DNA of 64,000 nt from Gemmatimonadota bacterium (GCA_046758745.1 JBHIAV010000003.1:1-64000), one strand, 5' to 3'. Positions 18,572 to 30,206 are shown, counted from the first letter of the stretch. Made by a program: numbers and translations. Notes: generated by a model not told the origin, from the sequence alone.

Positions 18572-20449
18572 TCACTCGCCGGCCGGGCCGCGCTCGACGG
18601 TGAACGTCGCGTGCATCCCCGCCTCCAGGTGCTCGGCGATGTGGCAGTGCATGATCCACGTTCCGGGGTTCGAGGCGTCCACCAGCACGTCGACCGTCGA
18701 GCCGACCGGAATGACGACCGTATCCTTCCACGCCAGATTCCGGCTCCGCACCCCATCCCGCTCGAGGACCAGCAACCGCTGGCCGTGGAAGTGCATGGGG
18801 TGCTGCATCGGATGGAAGGCGCGGTTCGCGTTGTGGATCCGGATCTTCACGACATCGCCCTGACGGAACCGCCAGTCGATGTCCCTGTTCTCCTTCCCCG
18901 TCCTCACGTCGCGCAGGATCCAGGTCACCTGATCCCCGCTCGACGCGTAATTCATCATCGGCATCGCATCGTTCCACTCGACCGGCGGGTAATAGAGGGT
19001 GTCGAGCACCATCACCTGCACGATCGTCCGAGAGATGTTGCCGACCCGCATGGTGAGGAGCAGCTCGTGGTCGGGAGGGCGGTCGAAGAATGGCCGGTAG
19101 CGGTCGATGTCCGCGATCACCGAAGCGTGCTCTCGGAGGGTGGCGAACGAGGCCGAGTAGTCCGCGTCGGTCGGTTCCCTCGTCACCGAAACGATGCCGA
19201 GCGTATCGACCCGTGGATAGAAGATGGCTCGGAAGTGATCGATCGCCTGGATCCGATTGGTGATCGCGAACTCCCCCGGCCCGTCGAACCTGGCCTCCAC
19301 GATGTAGCGCTGCGCGGGAGCCAGCACGACGTTGTCCACCCACTCCTCCCGCTCGAAGCGGCCGACGTCGGCCCCGACCAGCTTCAACCGCGCTCCGCCG
19401 AACACCAGGTTGAACATCCGCGTGTTCGAGACGTTCGTGAGGAAGAAGCGCACCACGTCGCCCTTCCGGACGGCGAGGTCGTACTTCGGGTCCCCGTTCA
19501 CCAGGAGCACGTTGCCGAAGCGCCCCATCAGGGTGTAGACCGATCCCTCCTTTCCGAACGGGAAGAGCCCCTGCTCGTCGACCAGGAGGTCGTCCAGGAT
19601 GAGCATCTCCTCCCGATTCGCCGGGTTGAAGTAGTCGGGATCGGGGGAGTCGACCCGGAGATTCCCGTACAGGCCGAGGTCCTGTTGGATGTCCTCCCTC
19701 AGGTGCGGGTGGTACCAGTAGATCCCGGCATCCGGGAAGCGCACCCGATACACGAACGAGCCGCCCGGAGGCACGGGATCCTGGGTCACGCCCGGCACGC
19801 CGTCGTACCGGTTGTCGAGCCGGACGCCGTGCCAGTGCACCGTGGTGGGCAGGTCGATCCCGTTCCGGAAGTTCACCACGATCTCCGCTCCTTGCGGCAC
19901 GCGGATGAGGGGGCCCGGATACTGCCCGTTGAAGCCATACATGGTGAAGGACCGCCCCCGGATCGTGCGGCGCACGAGCATCGCCTCGAGCTGTAGGGTG
20001 TCCCCGTCCGCGAGCTCTACGACCTCGCGGAAGACGGCTTCGGGAACCGCCCCGGGGGCGATGCCTGCGCCGGGGAGGAAGGGGGCCACCCCCGGCTTCA
20101 GCCGCATCAGCTCGGGAAGCATCGGCATCGAGGTGGTCATCGGCGGCATGCGCCACTTGGCGGAGGAGGAGCCGGCGGTCCCCGAACGCATCCCCGCCAT
20201 GGCGTGTGCCTTCGCCGGACCCTCGGTTTCGGCAGGAGCGGAGGCCGCCGGACCCGCCGTTTCGATAGACGCGGGCGCCGCCACAACCTCGGTGCGAGCC
20301 GCCACCGCGCGCGCCTCCCCGCCTGCCTGGGCGCCGGCCGCGGCCCTCGGCGAGACCAGGATGAGCCCAGCCGCCGCAGCGAGGAGGGGCTTTCGGCCGG
20401 CTACCCGAACGAGGCCCCGGACGCGAGGCGCGGACGAACGGCTCAGCAA
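18572..20449 (-). CDS. Multicopper oxidase (three-domain)
   Basis: HWHG, YWYHPH, HPMHFHG, HCHIAEHLEAGM; Met-rich N-terminal part; proposed TTG start overlapping the upstream stop (start uncertain). Confidence 0.9.
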   Translation of the reverse strand: MLSRSSAPRVRGLVRVAGRKPLLAAAAGLILVSPRAAAGAQAGGEARAVAARTEVVAAPASIETAGPAASAPAETEGPAKAHAMAGMRSGTAGSSSAKWRMPPMTTSMPMLPELMRLKPGVAPFLPGAGIAPGAVPEAVFREVVELADGDTLQLEAMLVRRTIRGRSFTMYGFNGQYPGPLIRVPQGAEIVVNFRNGIDLPTTVHWHGVRLDNRYDGVPGVTQDPVPPGGSFVYRVRFPDAGIYWYHPHLREDIQQDLGLYGNLRVDSPDPDYFNPANREEMLILDDLLVDEQGLFPFGKEGSVYTLMGRFGNVLLVNGDPKYDLAVRKGDVVRFFLTNVSNTRMFNLVFGGARLKLVGADVGRFEREEWVDNVVLAPAQRYIVEARFDGPGEFAITNRIQAIDHFRAIFYPRVDTLGIVSVTREPTDADYSASFATLREHASVIADIDRYRPFFDRPPDHELLLTMRVGNISRTIVQVMVLDTLYYPPVEWNDAMPMMNYASSGDQVTWILRDVRTGKENRDIDWRFRQGDVVKIRIHNANRAFHPMQHPMHFHGQRLLVLERDGVRSRNLAWKDTVVIPVGSTVDVLVDASNPGTWIMHCHIAEHLEAGMHATFTVERGPAGE

Positions 20450-21084
20450 AGGGCGGTATGCAGCTCGAAGATCCCGTGGCCGGCCATCATGTGCATGCGG
20501 CCACTCGGGGAGAGGCCCGTCAGGTAGATGGGGCCCTCCCATGTCTCGGTGTCCGGCGAGGGCTCGGCCGTGACGAAGAGAAGGAACTTGTTCCACAGGA
20601 TTCGACCGGAAACGGCTCCCTCCCCCACCGGACCGAGCTTCAACGTCTCGTCCAGCTCCGGGGTCGTTGCCCAGGCGACGTAGGTCACCCCCGGCCTCGG
20701 CCGGAGGCCCCGCGCGACCAGCGTCACCTCGTACACGTACCGTCCGTCTTCGGCCACCGTCACGCCGAAGGGAGACGCCGCGAAGGTGAGCTCCGCGTAG
20801 CCCGACGCAGCGCCGGCGCGCGCCGTCGGAACGAGCTCCACCCGGGTCGGATGGATGGAAGAAGAGATGAGCCGAAGGCACGCGGAGGGACGCTCGGCGC
20901 CGGGCGTGCCCCCCGAGAGATCTGCGACGGTCCGGCCACCGGGGGCATGGCTCGGCCCGGCGGGAAGCAGGATGCCGATCATCAGGAAGAGAGCGGGCGA
21001 CGAACCATGCAGTCGCCGCTTCACGGCCCTGATGCAGTCGGAACGCTCTGTTCTCGTCTCGTCCCCCTCATGTCTACGAGACAT
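20443..21084 (-). CDS. Hypothetical exported protein with Met/His-rich C-terminus
   Basis: Hydrophobic N-terminal segment, beta-rich domain (YVAW..LG..FLLFVTAEP), tail GRMHMMAGHG; stop abuts the MCO gene; start uncertain. Confidence 0.7.
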   Translation of the reverse strand: MSRRHEGDETRTERSDCIRAVKRRLHGSSPALFLMIGILLPAGPSHAPGGRTVADLSGGTPGAERPSACLRLISSSIHPTRVELVPTARAGAASGYAELTFAASPFGVTVAEDGRYVYEVTLVARGLRPRPGVTYVAWATTPELDETLKLGPVGEGAVSGRILWNKFLLFVTAEPSPDTETWEGPIYLTGLSPSGRMHMMAGHGIFELHTALC

Positions 21085-21278
21085 GTACGCCCGGGTACCT
21101 CGCCGTGTTTCGGGGCGGGGCGGCTTGATCGTAGCACGGAGACATGGCCGACCGGAAGTCCGTAGGTTGGATACGCCTCGGCGGCCGCGGGTTTGCTCGC
21201 CGCAGGAGCCCACCATTGCCTACCTGTGGGGCGCGCTTCGACCCTCCCCCACGTGCGTCAGGCCGGAGAGCGCTCCCG

Positions 21279-21665
21279 TCACGATCCCTTCGGCCCGTGG
21301 TTCTCCACCAGGTAGTCGATGAGGATCCGCTGCTCCTCCTCGGTGATCCAGCTCGCCCCGTATCTCTCGACCATGTCGCGTACGACCCACTCCCAACCCG
21401 TCCGGTCGAGTCGCTGCGAGCGCGGGAGCATGAGGCTGTGGCAGGAAGAGCACCTCGTCTCGAAGAGCTCCGCCGGCGTGAGCGTCGCCGTCACACCCCT
21501 CGCCTCGTCGGCAGCGGCAGGAGCGGGAGCATCCGAGGGTGGGCGGGCGGGCGGTGCGGCGGCAGGGGCCGATCCGCTCTCCGGAGGGACGCTGGCGCAC
21601 CCCTGCCCGGAGACGCCGACTCCGCCGACCAGCGCCACGAGGATCGGGAGGGAGGATCGCCTCAC
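21279..21665 (-). CDS. Monoheme cytochrome c, probable lipoprotein (SorB-like partner)
   Basis: CSSCH heme motif, W..VVRDM, ILIDYL; GTGA overlap with the upstream stop; signal peptide ending in Cys. Confidence 0.85.
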   Translation of the reverse strand: MRRSSLPILVALVGGVGVSGQGCASVPPESGSAPAAAPPARPPSDAPAPAAADEARGVTATLTPAELFETRCSSCHSLMLPRSQRLDRTGWEWVVRDMVERYGASWITEEEQRILIDYLVENHGPKGS

Positions 21666-23059
21666 GCCTCGACGAGGACGGGTACTCGGTGCACGACGTT
21701 CCCCAGATAGCCCTTGGGGTTCCAGGGCTGCCGAAGGGGCTGGCCGCTTCCGTCCCGGTCGAAGGCGCGGGCCCAGATTTCGTAGTAGCCGCGCCGGCCG
21801 AAGCTGACCTCGGTCTCCCATCTCTGCCAGGCGTACCTGTTCGGAGGATCGGCGAGTGTCACCTCCTCCCACGTGATGCCGTAGTCGGTGGAAACCAGAA
21901 CGCGCGCCACCTCCCGCTCGCCCGCCCACGCGTGCCCGGCCACCGGAACCCGCTCGCCGGTCGCGAGTCGGCTGTCGGCAGCCGGATGGGTGATCAGCGA
22001 CTTGATGATCCACGAGGTGGCTACCACCATCTCCGACTCCGGCGGGACGGTGCCGGGAGGCACGGGGTAGGCGGGCACCCGATAGGAGTACCCTGTCATC
22101 TTCTTCGAGTCGTGCTGACGGTCCCGCACCCAGATGCGGGTGAGCCACTTCTGCGAGCAGCTGCCGATCCATCCGGGAACCACAAGGCGGACCGGATAGC
22201 CGTTGAGGGGAGCGAGATCCTCCCCGTTCATGGCGTACGCGATGAGCGTGTGCTCCTCCATGGCCTTGTCGAGCGGCACCCCTCGGGAGAACGGAGGCTC
22301 GGTGCCGAGCTGCGGATCCTCCCCGTAGTGCGCCGTGTACACCGCGCTCTCCCTCAGGCCGGCGCGATTCAGGACGTCCCGAAGTCGCACGCCCGTCCAC
22401 TCGCTGCACGCCACCGCGCCTCGCCCCCACGGATTCCCTCGCACCGGGGGATCGAAGAGAGCGCGCCCGTTGCCGCCACACTCGATGACGAGCCGCAGCG
22501 TGACGCCCGGCATGGCCCGGAGATCCGCCAGGCTGAGGCGGAGCTCGCTGCGCACCTCGCCGTCCACCGTCAGACTCCACCCCTGCGGGTCGCGCCGCTC
22601 GGCCCGCTCCGGCACGAGGCCGTTGTTCCGCACGAAGTGGCGCTCCGTCGGGGTCACCGGATCGTCGAGGAGATGCGGGGGGAACTCTCCGTTCACCGGC
22701 CGCGTGTTGTGTACGATCATGCCCGGCTTGCCGGGGATCTCGGCCTCCTGGCCGGTCTCCTGCGCCCGTCCCACCCGCGCTCCCGCATCGGTCGAACCGT
22801 CCACCGTCCTCGGCGCCGCGCCGTCAGCCTCATCGGCCCAGGCGATCGGGATCATGCCTCGCCGGAAGAGCCCCTTCATCACGGTGCCTCGGCCGGCGCC
22901 GATGCCGGTGAGCAGGGCGGCCGTCCCTCCGGCGAGCCCGAGCAGCCGTCGGCGCGACACCACCAGGCCGAGGCGCTCGACATCTTGCGGGTCGGCGTCC
23001 GCATCTTCCAGCATGCCGCGGAGGTCGTCCCAGCTCGGCTCGTCGTTCAGATCGTGCAT
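21662..23059 (-). CDS. Sulfite oxidase family molybdoenzyme (SorA/SorT-like), Tat-exported
   Basis: SRRRLL Tat motif; HFVRNNG, IECGGNGR (Mo-ligand Cys), NGYPVRLVVPGWIG, KWL, dimerisation domain WNPKGY. Confidence 0.92.
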   Translation of the reverse strand: MHDLNDEPSWDDLRGMLEDADADPQDVERLGLVVSRRRLLGLAGGTAALLTGIGAGRGTVMKGLFRRGMIPIAWADEADGAAPRTVDGSTDAGARVGRAQETGQEAEIPGKPGMIVHNTRPVNGEFPPHLLDDPVTPTERHFVRNNGLVPERAERRDPQGWSLTVDGEVRSELRLSLADLRAMPGVTLRLVIECGGNGRALFDPPVRGNPWGRGAVACSEWTGVRLRDVLNRAGLRESAVYTAHYGEDPQLGTEPPFSRGVPLDKAMEEHTLIAYAMNGEDLAPLNGYPVRLVVPGWIGSCSQKWLTRIWVRDRQHDSKKMTGYSYRVPAYPVPPGTVPPESEMVVATSWIIKSLITHPAADSRLATGERVPVAGHAWAGEREVARVLVSTDYGITWEEVTLADPPNRYAWQRWETEVSFGRRGYYEIWARAFDRDGSGQPLRQPWNPKGYLGNVVHRVPVLVEA

Positions 23060-23290
23060 GCCGGCTCCCTCCCTACCCTATCGTCACGTCGCGTCCCCAA
23101 CGCCGTCAAAAGCTCGACGGCGTCAGAACCCCGACGCTCTGCCGCCGCCGACAATAGCCCGACTGCCGATCGGGGGCGAGGCGCGGCAGCGGCGTGAATC
23201 CAGGGAAAGGAGAAGGCAAGGTTTTCATTCTCACGCCAAAAGCATCTCCCCCATGGCCGCTTCGAGCCCGTCGCATCGGGGGGGAGTAAG

Positions 23291-23306
23291 CGGCCCGGCT
23301 CTTGCA
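23291..23306 (+). promoter_or_regulatory. Possible sigma-54 (-24/-12) promoter
   Basis: CGGCCCGGCTCTTGCA: GG-N10-GC with TTGCA, about 40 bp upstream of ATG 23347. Confidence 0.45.
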
Positions 23307-23346
23307 ACGAACGAGAGTGGAGTTTCTCTTTTGCGGCGCCAGAGAC

Positions 23347-23946
23347 ATGAACCCGTCGGACCTCTTGATCCTCGTGTTCGGACTGGCGGCCCTCGGTGTG
23401 GGGGTCCCAAAGGCAGCCTCCTGGGTTCGCCGTCCCCGTCTCCATCTGTATGTGGAGAGATCGGGCGCGGCCGATCGGCTGCGGATCGGTGCGCAGATCG
23501 CGAACCGGTTTCTCGTGCGCGTCGAGAACACGGGTCTCTCGCAGGCCCGGGCCTGCCGCCCCACCCTGGATACGATCGATTACTGGGACGGAGAGCGTTG
23601 GCGGCCGCACCTCGGGTTTCCCTACTCGATCGGGCTCGCATGGGCCGACCGCAACCTTCCGAACGCGATCGACCTCTACCCGTCTTCGACCGCCGACCTC
23701 GTCCTCGGTGTGGCGGTGCAGGGAGAGTCGGCGTTCCGCCTCCTTCCCCCGGTCACCATCGCGTCGGGAATCCTGCTCGAGTACCCGGCCGGCGTTTACC
23801 GGCTCGGGGTCTCCGTGACGACCGGCGCGGGAGAGGTAGCACGCTTCGCCCGGCACTTCGTGGTGGAGCACGGTGGGGATTGGGAGGGGGTGCGCGTGCG
23901 GGCGGAGGGGCCGGAGAGCGCGGCGTATCAGGTCGCGGCGGCCTGA
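23347..23946 (+). CDS. Hypothetical protein, N-terminal TM anchor plus beta-rich domain
   Basis: Open frame with GC-rich third positions; hydrophobic N-terminus. Confidence 0.7.
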   Translation: MNPSDLLILVFGLAALGVGVPKAASWVRRPRLHLYVERSGAADRLRIGAQIANRFLVRVENTGLSQARACRPTLDTIDYWDGERWRPHLGFPYSIGLAWADRNLPNAIDLYPSSTADLVLGVAVQGESAFRLLPPVTIASGILLEYPAGVYRLGVSVTTGAGEVARFARHFVVEHGGDWEGVRVRAEGPESAAYQVAAA

Positions 23947-24080
23947 GCTGGCAGGCCCTGGAGCGACGCGCTCCCGGCACCGGCCGGTCCGAGCCAATCC
24001 CCTCCCATCCGCCTGAGCTGGCAGGCAGCCCTGGGGCGACGGGCCACCGGTACCCCGGGTCCGAGCCAATCGCCCCATCC
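23941..24080. repeat. Imperfect 70-bp direct tandem repeat (2 copies)
   Basis: GCCTGAGCTGGCAGGC...GGTCCGAGCCAATC...CCCATCC at 23941 and 24011. Confidence 0.85.
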
Positions 24081-24293
24081 TCGTGAGCCGAGCCTTGCGC
24101 GAATCGGTGCGCGCGTAATGCGCCGCGCCCCCGCGGTGACCCCTCGACGCCACGACCACGCTCCGGTATCCTGATCGACACCGACGTCCACGACTGGGGT
24201 TGCCGCGGCCCTCTCGCGGCTCCGGCCGCGGGTCCCCGGCACTCGCGGCCACGTCGAGGCGACTTTCGAACGCGCCGGTTTCGCTCGAGGAGG

Positions 24294-25603
<1,310 letters not shown>

Positions 25604-25607
<4 letters not shown>

Positions 25608-26245
25608 CCGTTGTTCTCCCGCCGCTCCGACTCGGGCCAGATGCGCTCCGCCTCGAAGAGAGACTGCTGGGCGGGCGTCGGCGCCGGATAACGCACCGTC
25701 CCGCCGTGGAGGACCTCGGCGTCGGGGTGCAGCTGGTGCGGCTGCGTGCGGCCGGGACCGAGGATGTGCACAACGCTGGCGCCCCGCGCGACGAGACCGT
25801 CGGAGAGGAGCCAGCGGTGACAGCGCCACGGCAGAGCCTCGGCGCACATGACGGCCACGGCGCGTCGTATACTCTCATCCAGCAGCCGCGTCACCGCGGC
25901 CGCGAAGGCCGGTGTCGCCATGTGGTCCGCATAGGCCCGGAATCCGGGGCTCCTGAGCGCGAGGTTCGGCGAATTCGGCCCCGGCAAGCGTCTCCCGCCG
26001 AGGTCTTCCTCGTGCCGATACTCGATCCGGGAAGCCGCCAGGTCCCGCGTCAGCACTGCCCGGCTGAAGTGAGGATGACGGCGAGATCCGGGGAACCTTC
26101 GGACGTCCACCAGGACCCTCACGTCATGCCCGCGCAGCAGGCGGAGGAACATCTCGGTGGAGCGGGTCGAGTGTCCGATGGTGAAGATGGGATGGCCCAA
26201 GTCGCTCACGCGCGTTGCTACGCGGGCCGGGTCGGTCCGTTCCAT
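25604..26245 (-). CDS. DUF488 family protein
   Basis: IFTIGHS, LVDVRRFPGS, LGGRR, MCAEALPWRCHR. Confidence 0.9.
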
Positions 26246-26387
26246 TGACGCGCCGGGCCGACGGGACGACGGCATCTTCCTCGGCGCGGAGAACTTCCCG
26301 TGCCGCGGCCCAGATGGTGAGCTCCGGGGTGGCGGTCTATCTTGTCCCTCGGGTCGTGGCACGGATCCGTCCGCGTAGGAGCCTACG

Positions 26388-27083
26388 ATGAGGCTGTGGG
26401 TCGGGACGAGCGGGTACAGCTACAAGGAGTGGAAGGGAAGCTTCTATCCCGAGAAGATCGCGGCGGACGAGATGCTCCGGTACTACGGCGAGCGGCTCCC
26501 CGCGGTCGAGATCAACAACACGTTCTACCGCCTGCCGAGCGAGAGCGTGCTGACCGCGTGGGCGGAGCGGGTGCCGGAGGACTTCCGTTTCTCCATCAAG
26601 GCGTCCCGGCGAATCACCCATATCAAGCGTCTGAAGAACGCGAGCGACGAGACGACGTACCTCCTCCGCGCCCTGGCCATTCTCGGCCCCCGGCTCGGCG
26701 CCGTCCTCTTCCAGCTCCCCCCGAACCTGCGGAAGGACCTCGCCCGGCTGGAGAGCTTCCTCGACCTCATTCCGGAGGAGACGCCGACGGCCTTCGAGTT
26801 CCGGCACCAGTCGTGGTTCGACGACGAGGTGCTCGAATGCCTGCGATCTAAGGGCCGAGCGCTGTGCGCGGCCGACACGGACGAAGCCGATCCTCCGGCC
26901 GTCATCGGGACCGCCCGGTGGGGGTACCTGCGGCTCAGGCGCGAGGAGTACTCCGACACCGACCTAGCGCATTGGGCGAATCGGGTCGCGGGCGAGGGGT
27001 GGAAGGAGGCCTTCGTCTTCTTCAAGCACGAGGAGGCGGGGGCCGGGCCGCGTCTCGCAAAGCGGTTTCTCGAGCTTTTATAG
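26388..27083 (+). CDS. DUF72 family protein
   Basis: GTSGYSY, VEINNTFY, F.IKA, LFQLPP, EFRH.SW, YLRL. Confidence 0.92.
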   Translation: MRLWVGTSGYSYKEWKGSFYPEKIAADEMLRYYGERLPAVEINNTFYRLPSESVLTAWAERVPEDFRFSIKASRRITHIKRLKNASDETTYLLRALAILGPRLGAVLFQLPPNLRKDLARLESFLDLIPEETPTAFEFRHQSWFDDEVLECLRSKGRALCAADTDEADPPAVIGTARWGYLRLRREEYSDTDLAHWANRVAGEGWKEAFVFFKHEEAGAGPRLAKRFLELL

Positions 27084-27133
27084 CCGGCGCCGCTGCTCCG
27101 CGAAACACGGCTGCTCGACACACAGACGACCGG

Positions 27134-27442
27134 CTAGTCGGCAAACAGCTCAGGACGATGCTTGGCGATCCACTCGTGGAGGCTGTCCAGTTGGGTTTGC
27201 GACAGCGAATTCGGGTCCGTCTCTCGAAAGCTCGGAATCACACAGGCGGCCGCCCGCCACAGCAGGTACTTCCGCGTCATGATCTGTCGCTCGGCGGTCA
27301 GCGGTTTCAGGCGTGGAACATCCTGCATCGGCCTGATCAGCGTTCGGTAACTGAGCACATCTCGCCGGGAGAACCTCTTCGGTATCCGATAGGCCCGACC
27401 GCCCAGCTCGAACGCGCCGTCGCGACTGATGGTAATCCCCAT
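27134..27442 (-). CDS. Hypothetical protein (102 aa)
   Basis: GGGGAG SD before ATG; balanced amino-acid composition unlike shadow ORFs. Confidence 0.6.
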   Translation of the reverse strand: MGITISRDGAFELGGRAYRIPKRFSRRDVLSYRTLIRPMQDVPRLKPLTAERQIMTRKYLLWRAAACVIPSFRETDPNSLSQTQLDSLHEWIAKHRPELFAD

Positions 27443-27676
27443 GCTCCCCCAGACTATCGATACCCTGGTCCGGTATACCCGCCAGAGGCCTCCGGTATCC
27501 GCCGCAGTTGCATGAGTCCTCGCATCTGCCTAGCCGACCGCGGCTGCCCCCCGTTTGCACTACCGGATGTCACCCCAGCACAGCCCGCCGACGTGGCGGC
27601 GTGCCCACACCGGGAGGTGCCCGCACGGTTGGCGGCGATCATCCACCCGGCGACGGTGACCTGTCGCGCACGGTGA

Positions 27677-29587
27677 TCAACCGTCCTCGAGCAAAGCCTC
27701 CATCTCATCCATGATCTCGTTCATGCGCTTCACGAGCGCGCGATACGGCTCCGGCTTCGCCATATCGACGCCCGCGTCGAGGAGAAGCCGGTAGGGATAG
27801 TCGGAGCCACCGGCGCGCAGGAGGTTCTTGAAGTTCTCCACCGCCGACCCCCCCTCGGAACGGATTTTCTCATACATGGCCGTTCCCGCAGCGAGCGACG
27901 TGGCGTATTGATACACGTACATGTTGAAATAGAAATGCGGCACGAACATCCACTCGTTGGAATAGAGGTCATCGACGACCACGACACCGTCGTCATGCCC
28001 GTGATACCGCTTGAGGATCTCCCCATATATCTCCGATATCCGTCTGCCTGAAAGCGCTTCCCCTCGTTCCACGGCTTCGTAGAGCGCCAGCTCGAACTCC
28101 GCGAACATCGTTTGGCGGAAAAAGGTCCCGCGTAGCTGCTCGAGACCGGTTCCGAGATAGTAGAGCTTCTCTTCCTTGCTCCGTGCGTTCTCGACCATGT
28201 AGTGCTGCAAGATCAGCTCGAGAGTCGTCGAGGGAATCTCGGCGATGAAAGTGGCATAGGAGGCCGTCTCGAAGGGCTGCCTCTGCTTCGCGTACAGCGT
28301 GTGCATGGCGTGGCCCCACTCGTGGGCGAACGTCGAAACAGACTCATAGTCGTCGTTGAAGTTGAGAAGCAGATACGGGTGCACGTCGTACGCGAAGCCG
28401 TTCATGTAGGCTCCGGAGCGCTTGCCCTGTTGTGGGAATACGTGCATCCACCGCTGGTTGATCGCATCGCGCTGCATCTCCACCCAGTCGTCCCCCAGCA
28501 CCGACATGGCCTCCAAGGTGATCGTCTTCGCGTCCTCGACCGTGAACTCCTTTTCGAGTGAGACGAGGGGGGGATAGATGTCGTAGTAGTGCATCTGATC
28601 GATGCCGAGCATCCGTTCCCGCAGCTTGAAGTAGCGGTGAAGCGTGGGAAGCGCCCTGTTCACCTCCTCTACGAGCGTCCGGTAGACTGCGGGCGGGATA
28701 TTGTCCTGGAATAGCTCGCGCTCCAGGACGCTCTCATGCTTGCGAGCTCTGGAGAGGAATACCTGAGCCTGAAGATGCGAGTTGAGCGTCATTCCGACGC
28801 TGTTCTGGAACTCGCGCCACTTGCCCCAGAAGGCGTCGAATACCCTCTTCCGGTCCCCTCGGTTCTCCGCCTGGCGGTGAAGTGAATAGCCTTGAGAGTC
28901 GAGCCGTACCTTCTCGCCCGTCGAGAGGGTGATGGTGGGCCACGGAATGTCGGAGTTGGCCAGCAAGCCATAGACATTGTACGCGGCGCCGAGGGGCTGC
29001 CCGGCTGCTGCCAGCACCCGCTCGGCCTCGTCACCCAGGGTGTGAGGTGCATTCCGCAGAATGTCATCCAGCCGATAGCGAAAGCGCTCGAGCCGTGGAT
29101 CCTGGTCCACGAAGCCCATGATCTTGTCACGCCCGACGCGGAGCACCTCCGGCTGATACCAGGCGGTGGCCTCGGAGAACCTGTTGAACATGGTCTGCGC
29201 GAGCTGGCGGCGTTCCTGGGTTTCCGGCAAGCGAAGGTCCTCATCCGCGCTCAGAGTGGCGTACACGGAAACACGGCCCGCCTTCTTCAACGTCTCGGAG
29301 ATCAATGACGAGGCTGCGAGAAGCGCCTCCGGGCTGTCGCCGAGCGTTCCCTTCTTCGCTTCAATGTCCCGAAGGGCCGCCAGCACCTCCTGACGGGCCT
29401 GCTCCCATGACTCCACCGACGGGTAAAGATGGGTGAGATCCCAAGTGTAGGCGGGATCGGTCCTCGGGCGCTCTCCGGGGCCGGCGGCTTCCTGAGCGAG
29501 GGCCTGTAGCGGCAGCGCCGCCGATATGGCAAGGGAAGCGCCCAACAGCCCGCGGAAAACGGGCGTCAGACTCCGGGCCAAGAGCAT
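27677..29587 (-). CDS. pepF: Oligoendopeptidase F (M3B) with signal peptide
   Basis: YTWDL, GKRSGAY, HPYLLLN, AHEWGHAMH, FRQTMFAEFE, PHFY, YQYATS. Confidence 0.92.
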   Translation of the reverse strand: MLLARSLTPVFRGLLGASLAISAALPLQALAQEAAGPGERPRTDPAYTWDLTHLYPSVESWEQARQEVLAALRDIEAKKGTLGDSPEALLAASSLISETLKKAGRVSVYATLSADEDLRLPETQERRQLAQTMFNRFSEATAWYQPEVLRVGRDKIMGFVDQDPRLERFRYRLDDILRNAPHTLGDEAERVLAAAGQPLGAAYNVYGLLANSDIPWPTITLSTGEKVRLDSQGYSLHRQAENRGDRKRVFDAFWGKWREFQNSVGMTLNSHLQAQVFLSRARKHESVLERELFQDNIPPAVYRTLVEEVNRALPTLHRYFKLRERMLGIDQMHYYDIYPPLVSLEKEFTVEDAKTITLEAMSVLGDDWVEMQRDAINQRWMHVFPQQGKRSGAYMNGFAYDVHPYLLLNFNDDYESVSTFAHEWGHAMHTLYAKQRQPFETASYATFIAEIPSTTLELILQHYMVENARSKEEKLYYLGTGLEQLRGTFFRQTMFAEFELALYEAVERGEALSGRRISEIYGEILKRYHGHDDGVVVVDDLYSNEWMFVPHFYFNMYVYQYATSLAAGTAMYEKIRSEGGSAVENFKNLLRAGGSDYPYRLLLDAGVDMAKPEPYRALVKRMNEIMDEMEALLEDG

Positions 29588-29660
29588 GATCCCCTCCCGC
29601 GGGACATCAGCACGGCACCCCTCACGATTCCCCGCAACCACCGGATCGGTTCCACTGCGG

Positions 29661-30206
29661 CTACCCGGCCTCCTCGGCCGCCAGCCGCTCCAGCATCTCC
29701 TCGTGCACCGCGCGGGCGGCGTCGCCGAACAGGACGAAGAGCACCCGCCTCACACGCGTCAGGCGCGGCACCTCATCGAGGATGGTGCGAAAGGCCACCT
29801 CGGCCGCTTCCTCCATCGGATAGCCGAAGGCTCCGGTGGAGAGCGCCGGGAAGGCGATCGAGTCGATCCCGCCCTCGTTCGCGAGGCGGAGGGCGTTCCG
29901 GTAGCAGTCGGCGAGCAGCTCGTCGGATGGCTCGTCGATCCCATACCGAGGGCCGAGGCAGTGGATCACGTGCCGGTTGGGGAGACGATGGGCACGAGTG
30001 ATGACGGCCTCGCCCGGCGAGATGGGCGCGAGAGGTCGGCACTCTTCCTCGAGCCCGGGACCGGCCGCGCGGTGGATCGCGCCTGCCACCCCGCCGCCCG
30101 TTCGGAGCTGGGCGTTGGCGGCGTTCACGATGGCCGCCACGTCGGGTTGGGCGGTGATGTCGCCCTGGCGGATCTCGATCTGGATGCCCGAGACGGTTCG
30201 GATCAT
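29661..30206 (-). CDS. Macro domain protein (O-acetyl-ADP-ribose deacetylase-like)
   Basis: GDIT, IVNAAN, GGGVAGAIHRAAG, AFPALSTGAFGYP. Confidence 0.92.
   Translation of the reverse strand: MIRTVSGIQIEIRQGDITAQPDVAAIVNAANAQLRTGGGVAGAIHRAAGPGLEEECRPLAPISPGEAVITRAHRLPNRHVIHCLGPRYGIDEPSDELLADCYRNALRLANEGGIDSIAFPALSTGAFGYPMEEAAEVAFRTILDEVPRLTRVRRVLFVLFGDAARAVHEEMLERLAAEEAG

Noticed and set aside
18555-18572. Sigma-54 promoter upstream of the LVIVD gene (TTGGCAC on the minus strand)
   Set aside because: No GC at the -12 position
23941-24080. CRISPR array
   Set aside because: Only two adjacent diverged units, no spacers, and no cas genes in the window
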